Positions 57,597-64,000 of a DNA stretch of 64,000 nucleotides are shown here, in pieces. Under the pieces are notes generated by a model. It was not told where the DNA came from. It did not search any database and saw only the letters and a list, made by a program, of their open reading frames with translations. Made by a program: the position numbers and the translations under genes. Source of the stretch: Macrostomum hystrix (lineage: Eukaryota > Animalia > Platyhelminthes). The stretch lies in the NCBI GenBank assembly GCA_950097015.1, contig CATNEN010000025.1:2728001-2792000 (forward strand). Direction: 5' to 3'. Numbering within the stretch: position 1 is the stretch's first letter; every line of letters begins with the position of its first letter.

Positions 57597-58132
57597 CAAG
57601 ACACCCGACTTCGCTAGACCTCTGCCAAGGCATCGGACCGAGCCGAAAGCGAGAACTACAGGACTCTCTTGGATAAGAGTTTCCTAGGGGACCGAGAACA
57701 ATTCCCCCCTGGGCAATGACCACGGGGTATTTCAAGTACACACTGCCTACTTTACGATAGCTCCCAAACAGAATGACCGATTTTCGTAAAAGCCCACCAT
57801 ATTGATAACAAATGTCCGCCCTTTGCGATGAACAGACTTTCAAAGCCGTCCGATTCAACATCGTCGAGATATTCAGCGATTCCTGTCGAAGACCCTGGTC
57901 CCGACGAAAAATCACATTACTCTGTATCAACCTCTTTGTCGAATCCATATTGGTTCAATAATGTAATAATTAACAAAATAATCGATAAATTAGATTATTT
58001 CAAATAAATTATATATTCAAATCACCTCTAATTCTCCGCATTCGAAGCTCACACTTTACCATACGCCCTTCTTTCGGCCTAACGCTATCCGCTACCAAGC
58101 TAAGGGAGACACAGCATATAAATAATCCTTTG

Positions 58133-58235
58133 TAGCTTGTAGCCCAGCGGTTGAGCTTCAGACTACAGACTGAGAGGTCGTGAGTTCGAAGCTCGGCCGA
58201 AAGTGTGTGTTGTTGAGCTTGACAACTAGTTCCTC
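58133..58235 (+). mobile_element. tRNA-like SINE head (possible third family)
   Basis: A box TAGCCCAGCGG and B box GTTCGAAGC, no acceptor-stem pairing, followed by a CORE-like GTGTG..TTGAGCTTGACAAC segment. Confidence 0.5.
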
Positions 58236-58298
58236 ATTGCCTCTTTTTGTCACCCCTACTACTAACTACTTATAGTATTACTTTCACTTCTGGGGGAA

Positions 58299-58784
58299 GC
58301 CACACCCACCCCAGCTGATGCTGGCACCCATTTAACAGCTGCGTGAGCTGAAGCAATGCAGAGTTAAGCGTCTTGCTCAAGGACCCAATCAAGGACCACT
58401 AGGAACAGGACGGGAAACTACGTTTCTTAGAAAAAAAATTTAAGGCTGTTTTCGCGAAAAAATACACTACGGAGATAGAAAACTTTTATGTACAAAACTT
58501 TATAAAATTTGGTAGAGCAAAATGTTAGGCAAGTTATATCAAAAGAACAGCTTTGTATCTGATTCCAATCAAAAGCTGTCACCATTTAAATCAGAAAAAA
58601 GTGAAAGTTTCCTATCTCCGTAGTGTATTTTTTCGCGAAAACCAGCCTTCAAATATTTATCCAAGAAACTTAGTTTGCTGTCCTCTACTCCTAGTGGTCC
58701 TTGGACACAATTTGTTCCTGTTGAGTCCGGGAATCGAACTCCGAACCTTTAAGTAATGAGTCCAACGCTCTAACCACTAGGCTA
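58299..58784 (-). mobile_element. SINE family A interrupted by a MITE
   Basis: Body at 58299-58389 and head at 58704-58784 are collinear with family A. Confidence 0.82.
58390..58703. mobile_element. hAT-like MITE, 314 bp
   Basis: 15-bp TIR CAAGGACCACTAGGA / TCCTAGTGGTCCTTG, long subterminal inverted repeats, 8-bp TSD GACCCAAT / GACACAAT (7/8). 8-bp TSD and CARNG-type TIR start are hAT hallmarks. Confidence 0.82.
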
Positions 58785-59239
58785 AAATTCAGTTTCTACG
58801 TTACTACCACAGCTTTTACTAAAGAATTCCAACACGAGGATTTAGTACTATTCAAGGCACTGTTACTATGTTTCTGTGCTTTGTCTAGAAAAATTCTCAG
58901 CAGTTCCCTTCTCGCGCTGAACTGTCACCGTCGTGCACTCAAAGAAAGACAAGGGCGATCTTCTAAGGCTTTCGCTACAACCTAGTCCCCTTTCCTCCAT
59001 GGCCCAGATATCCCAGAGGCTGCATAATAATATCCTACTAGGCCGACCCCTAAAACGATGCTTCAGCTATCCAACAAGTTGATCAATGATTAGCGCATTT
59101 ACATGCGTACAATCATGCATAATGCATGACAGTATTGGCCTAACTCAGACTAAAAGCTTTCATAAGATCGGTAGTGGTATGGGTTCTGTGTGAAAAGTAC
59201 AATTTTATTCTCAAACACACATAAGAGTTCATTTTATGT

Positions 59240-59770
59240 GACAATACCTGTCTGACAACTCCAATACCTGTCTGACAACTCCAATACCTGTCTGACAACT
59301 CCAATACCTGTCTGACAACTCCAATACCTGTCTGACAACTCCAATACCTGTCTGACAACTCCAATACCTATTTGACAACTCCAATACCTGTCTGACAACT
59401 CCAATACCTGTCTGACAACTCCAATACCTGTTTGAGAACTCCAATACCTGTCTGACAACTCCAATACCTGTCTGACAACTCCAATACCTGTCTGACAACT
59501 CCAATACCTGTCTGACAACTCCAATACCTGTCTGACAACTCCAATACCTATTTGACAACTCCAATACCTGTCTGACAACTCCAATACCTGTCTGACAACT
59601 CCAATACCTGTTTGAGAACTCCAATACCTGTTTGACAACTCCAATACCTGTTTAACAACTCGAATACCTGTCTGACAACTCCAATACCTGTTTCAGAACT
59701 CCAATACCTGTTTGAGAACTCCAATACCTGTTTGAGAACTTCGATAATACCTGTCTGAAAACTCGGATAA
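59240..59770. repeat. 20-bp minisatellite (ACCTGTCTGACAACTCCAAT)n
   Basis: Read directly. Confidence 0.95.
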
Positions 59771-60074
59771 CTGTTTGACAGCTCGCAAGCGTTTCGAGAG
59801 CCAAAAAAATTCTATCGAATCTCCAGGCTAGACATAATAAATAATCACGCGAGCAAAGAGGCATGTGACCCAGACTTGAATTCTAAAGATGCATCTATTT
59901 GGCACATTAATTTATTAAAGGCCATTCAGTGCAGAGCACAGCGAGCAGCAGTCTCTCAATCTGTACTATGGATTAGTGGCACTCACGAAATTAGAGATCG
60001 AATATTGAGCACTATAATTTGGCATTGGCGACTGGTCGAACTCTTCTTGGCGTACTTTCTGGGTTCTTAGGCAG

Positions 60075-63000
60075 AGAGATGAGGCAGAGATGAGGGAGAG
60101 ATGAGGAAGGGATGAGGAAAGGATGAGGAAGGGATGAGGAAAGGATGAGGAAGGGATGAGGAAAGGATGAGGAAGGGATGAGGAAGGCATGAGGAAAGGA
60201 TGAGGAAGGGATGAGGAAGGCATGAGGAAAATATTAGGAAGGGATGATGGAGAGAAAAAAAGATGAGGGAGAGAGAGAATAAGATGAAGGAGAGAGAATA
60301 AGATGCGAGAGAATAAGATGTGAGAGAGAATAAGATGTGAGAGAGAATAAGATGAGAGAGAATAAGATGTGAGAGAGAATAAGATGTGAGAGAGAGAATA
60401 AGATGAGAGAGAATAAGATGAGAGAGAGAATAAGATGCGAGAGAATAAGATGTGAGAGAGAATAAGATGTGAGAGAGAATAAGATGTGAGAGAGAATAAG
60501 ATGAGAGAGAATAAGATGTGAGAGAGAATAAGATGTGAGAGAGAATAAGATGAGAGAGAATAAGATGAGAGAGAGAATAAGATGCGAGAGAATAAGATGT
60601 GAGAGAGAATAAGATGTGAGAGAGAATAAGATGAGAGAGAGAATAAGATGAGAGAGAGAATAAGATGTGAGAGAGAGAATAAGATGAAGGAGAGAGAATA
60701 AGATGAGAGAGAGAGAGAGAGAGAAAAGATGAGGGAGGGAGAGAATAAGATGATGGAGAAAGAGAGAGAATGATAAGATGAGGGAGGGAGAAAATAAGAT
60801 GATGGAGAGAGAGAGAATGATAAGATGAGGGAGGGAGAGAATAAGATGAGAGAGAGAATAAGATGAGAGAGAATAAGATGTGAGAGAGAATAAGATGAGA
60901 GAGAATAAGATGTGAGAGAGAATAAGATGTGAGAGAGAATAAGATGTGAGAGAGAATAAGATGTGAGAGAGAATAAGATGTGAGAGAGAATAAGATGTGA
61001 GAGAGAATAAGATGAGAGAGAGAATAAGATGTGAGAGAGAATAAGATGAGAGAGAGAGAATAAGATGTGAGAGAGAGAATAAGATGAGAGAGAGAATAAG
61101 ATGAGAGAGAGAATAAGATGAGAGAGAGAATAAGATGAGAGAGAGAATAAGATGAGAGAGAGAATAAGATGTGAGAGAGAATGATAAGATGAGAGAGAGA
61201 GAATAAGATGAGAGAGAGAATAAGATGAGAGAGAGAATAAGATGAGAGAGAGAATAATATGTGAGAGAGAATGATAAGATGAGAGAGAGAGAATAAGATT
61301 AGAGAGAGAGAATAAGATGAGAGAGAGAGAATAAGATGAGAGAGAGAGAATAAGATGAGAGAGAGAATAAGATGAGAGAGAGAATGATAAGATGAGGGAG
61401 GGAGAAAATAAGATGATGGAGAGAGAGAGAATGATAAGATGAGGGAGGGAGAAAATAAGATGATGGAGAGAGAGAGAATAAGATAAGAGGAGAATAAGAT
61501 GAGAGAGAGAATAAGATGTGAGAGAGAATAAGATGAGAGAGAGAATAAGATGAGAGAGAGAATAAGATGTGAGAGAGAGAATAAGATGAGAGAGAGAATA
61601 AGATGAGAGAGAGAATAAGATGAGAGAGAGAATAAGATGAGAGAGAGAATAAGATGAGAGAGAGAATAAGATGTGAGAGAGAATAAGATGTGAGAGAGAA
61701 TGATAAGATGAGAGAGAGAGAATAAGATGAGAGAGAGAATAAGATGAGAGAGAGAGAATAAGATGAGAGAGAGAATAAGATGAGAGAGAGAATGATAAGA
61801 TGAGGGAGGGAGAAAATAAGATGATGGAGAGAGAGAGAGAATGATAAGATGAGGGAGGGAGAAAATAAGATGATGGAGAGAGAGAGAGAATGATAAGATG
61901 AGGGAGGGAGAAAATAAGATGATGGAGAGAGAGAGAATGATAAGATGAGGGAGGGAGAAAATAAGATGATGGAGAGAGAGAGAATGATAAGATGAGGGAG
62001 GGAGAAAATAAGATGATGGAGAGAGAGAGAGAGAATGATAAGATGAAGGAGAGAGAATAAGATGAGAGAGAGAGAATAAGATGAGAGAGAGAATAAGATG
62101 TGAGAGAGAGAATAAGATGAAGGAGAGAGAATAAGATGAGAGAGAGAGAATAAGATGAGAGAGAGAGAATAAGATGAGAGAGAGAGAATAAGATGAGAGA
62201 GAGAGAATAAGATGAGAGAGAGAATGATAAGATGATGGAGGGAGAAAATAAGATGATGGAGAGAGAGAGAATGATAAGATGAGGGAGGGAGAAAATAAGA
62301 TGATGGAGAGAGAGAGAATGATAAGATGAGGGAGGGAGAAAATAAGATGATGGAGAGAGAGAGAGAGAATGATAAGATGAGGGAGGGAGAAAATAAGATG
62401 ATGGAGAGAGAGAGAGAATGATAAGATGAAGGAGAGAGAATAAGATGAGAGAGAGAGAATAAGATGAGAGAGGGAGAATAAGATGAGAGAGAGAGAATAA
62501 GATGAGAGAGAGAGAATAAGATGAGAGAGGGAGAATAAGATGAGAGAGAGAATGATAAGATGATGGAGGGAGAAAATAAGATGATGGAGAGAGAGAGAAT
62601 GATAAGATGAGGGAGGGAGAAAATAAGATGATGGAGAGAGAGAGAATGATAAGATGAGGGAGGGAGAAAATAAGATGATGGAGAGAGAGAGAGAGAATGA
62701 TAAGATGAGGGAGGGAGAAAATAAGATGATGGAGAGAGAGAGAGAATGATGAGATGAGGGAGGGAGAAAATAAGATGATGGAGAGAGAGAGAGAATGATA
62801 AGATGAGGGAGGGAGAAAATAAGATGATGGAGAGAGAGAGAGAATGATAAGATGAGGGAGGGAGAAAATAAGATGATGGAGAGAGAGAGAGAATGATAAG
62901 ATGAGGGAGGGAGAAAATAAGATGATGGAGAGAGAGAGAGAATGATAAGATGAGGGAGGGAGAAAATAAGATGATGGAGAAAGAGAGAGAATGAGATGAG

Positions 63001-64000
63001 AGAGAGAATAAGATGAGAGAGAGAATGATAAGATGAGGGAGGGAGAAAATAAGATGATGGAGAAAGAGAGAGAATAAGATGAGAGAGAGAATGATAAGAT
63101 GATGGAGAGAGAGAGAATGATAAAATGAGGGAGGGAGAAAATAAGATGATGGAGAGAGAGAGAATGATAAGATGAGGGAGGGAGAAAATAAGATGATGGA
63201 GAGAGAGAGAATGATAAAATGAGGGAGGGAGAAAATAAGATGATGGAGAGAGAGAGAATGATAAAATGAGGGAGGGAGAAAATAAGATGATGGAGAGAGA
63301 GAGAGAATGATAAGATGAGAGAGGGAGAAAATAAGATGATGGAGAGAGAGAGAATGATAAAATGAGGGAGGGAGAAAATAAGATGATGGAGAGAATGATA
63401 AGATGAGAGAGAGAATGATAAGATGAGAGAGGGAGAAAATAAGATGATGGAGAGAGAGAGAATGATAAGATGATGGAGAGAGAATAAGATGATGGAGAGA
63501 AAATAAGATGATGGAGAGAGAGAATGATAAGATGAGGGAGGGAGAAAATAAGATGATGGAGAGAGAGAATGATAAGATGAGGGAGGGAGAAAATAAGATT
63601 ATGGAGAGAGAGAGAATGATAAGATGAGGGAGGGAGAAAATAAGATGATGGAGAGAGAGAGAGAATGATAAGATGAGGGAGGGAGAAAATAAGATGATGG
63701 AGAGAGAGAGAGAGAATGATAAGATGAGGGAGGGAGAAAATAAGATGATGGAGAGAGAGAGAGAATGATAAGATGAGGGAGGGAGAAAATAAGATGATGG
63801 AGAGAGAGAATAAGATGATGGAGAGAGAGAGAATGATAAGATGAGGGAAGGAGAAAATAAGATGAATGAGAAAGAGAGAGAATGATAAGATGAGGGAAGG
63901 AGAAAATAAGATGATGGAGAGAGAGAATGATAAGATGAGGGAGGGAGAAAATAAGATGATGGAGAGAGAGAATGATAAGATGAGGGAGGGAGAAAATAAG
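60075..64000. repeat. Purine-rich compound satellite (GAGAGAGAATAAGAT)n and a longer GAGGGAGGGAGAAAATAAGATGATGG-containing unit, running off the window
   Basis: Read directly; + strand is almost free of C. Confidence 0.96.

Noticed and set aside
57397-57948. 183-aa - strand ORF
   Set aside because: No recognisable domain and no role in the RIM exon chain; the + strand promoter-like signal is reported instead.
58133-58210. Functional tRNA gene
   Set aside because: A and B boxes present but no acceptor stem; continues into SINE-like sequence.

Overview
Eukaryotic (metazoan) genomic DNA with spliceosomal GT-AG introns. By a rough hand sum about 40% is tandem minisatellite or simple repeat. The repeat-packed introns, poly-Q/poly-A-rich proteins and gene set suggest a flatworm of the Macrostomum type (inference only). 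Genes read directly from the sequence: a secreted PAN + C-type lectin (+, 1-nt frameshift in the signal peptide), a Gly/Tyr-rich zinc-knuckle/RS protein (-), an Alx/Cart paired-type homeobox gene (-), PDCD6/ALG-2 (-), SSR4/TRAP-delta (-), TPGS2 (+) and a large, 5'-incomplete RIM/UNC-10 gene (-, PDZ, C2A, C2B). Mobile DNA comprises two tRNA-derived SINE families (one full copy with a 12-bp TSD), a Mutator-like non-autonomous element with a 10-bp TSD, and a hAT-like MITE with an 8-bp TSD nested in a SINE. Almost all long ORFs in the supplied track are satellite artefacts. The most interesting signals are: (i) each large intron is filled by its own private minisatellite running nearly to the splice sites, with traceable seeds (a SINE, a MITE end, a splice donor); (ii) a 14-nt match to the HDV ribozyme P3/L3 core in a SINE tail, in non-canonical order; (iii) P3 homeodomain palindromes at the Alx 5' end; (iv) an antisense CCAAT-CCAAT-TATA cassette inside a RIM intron.
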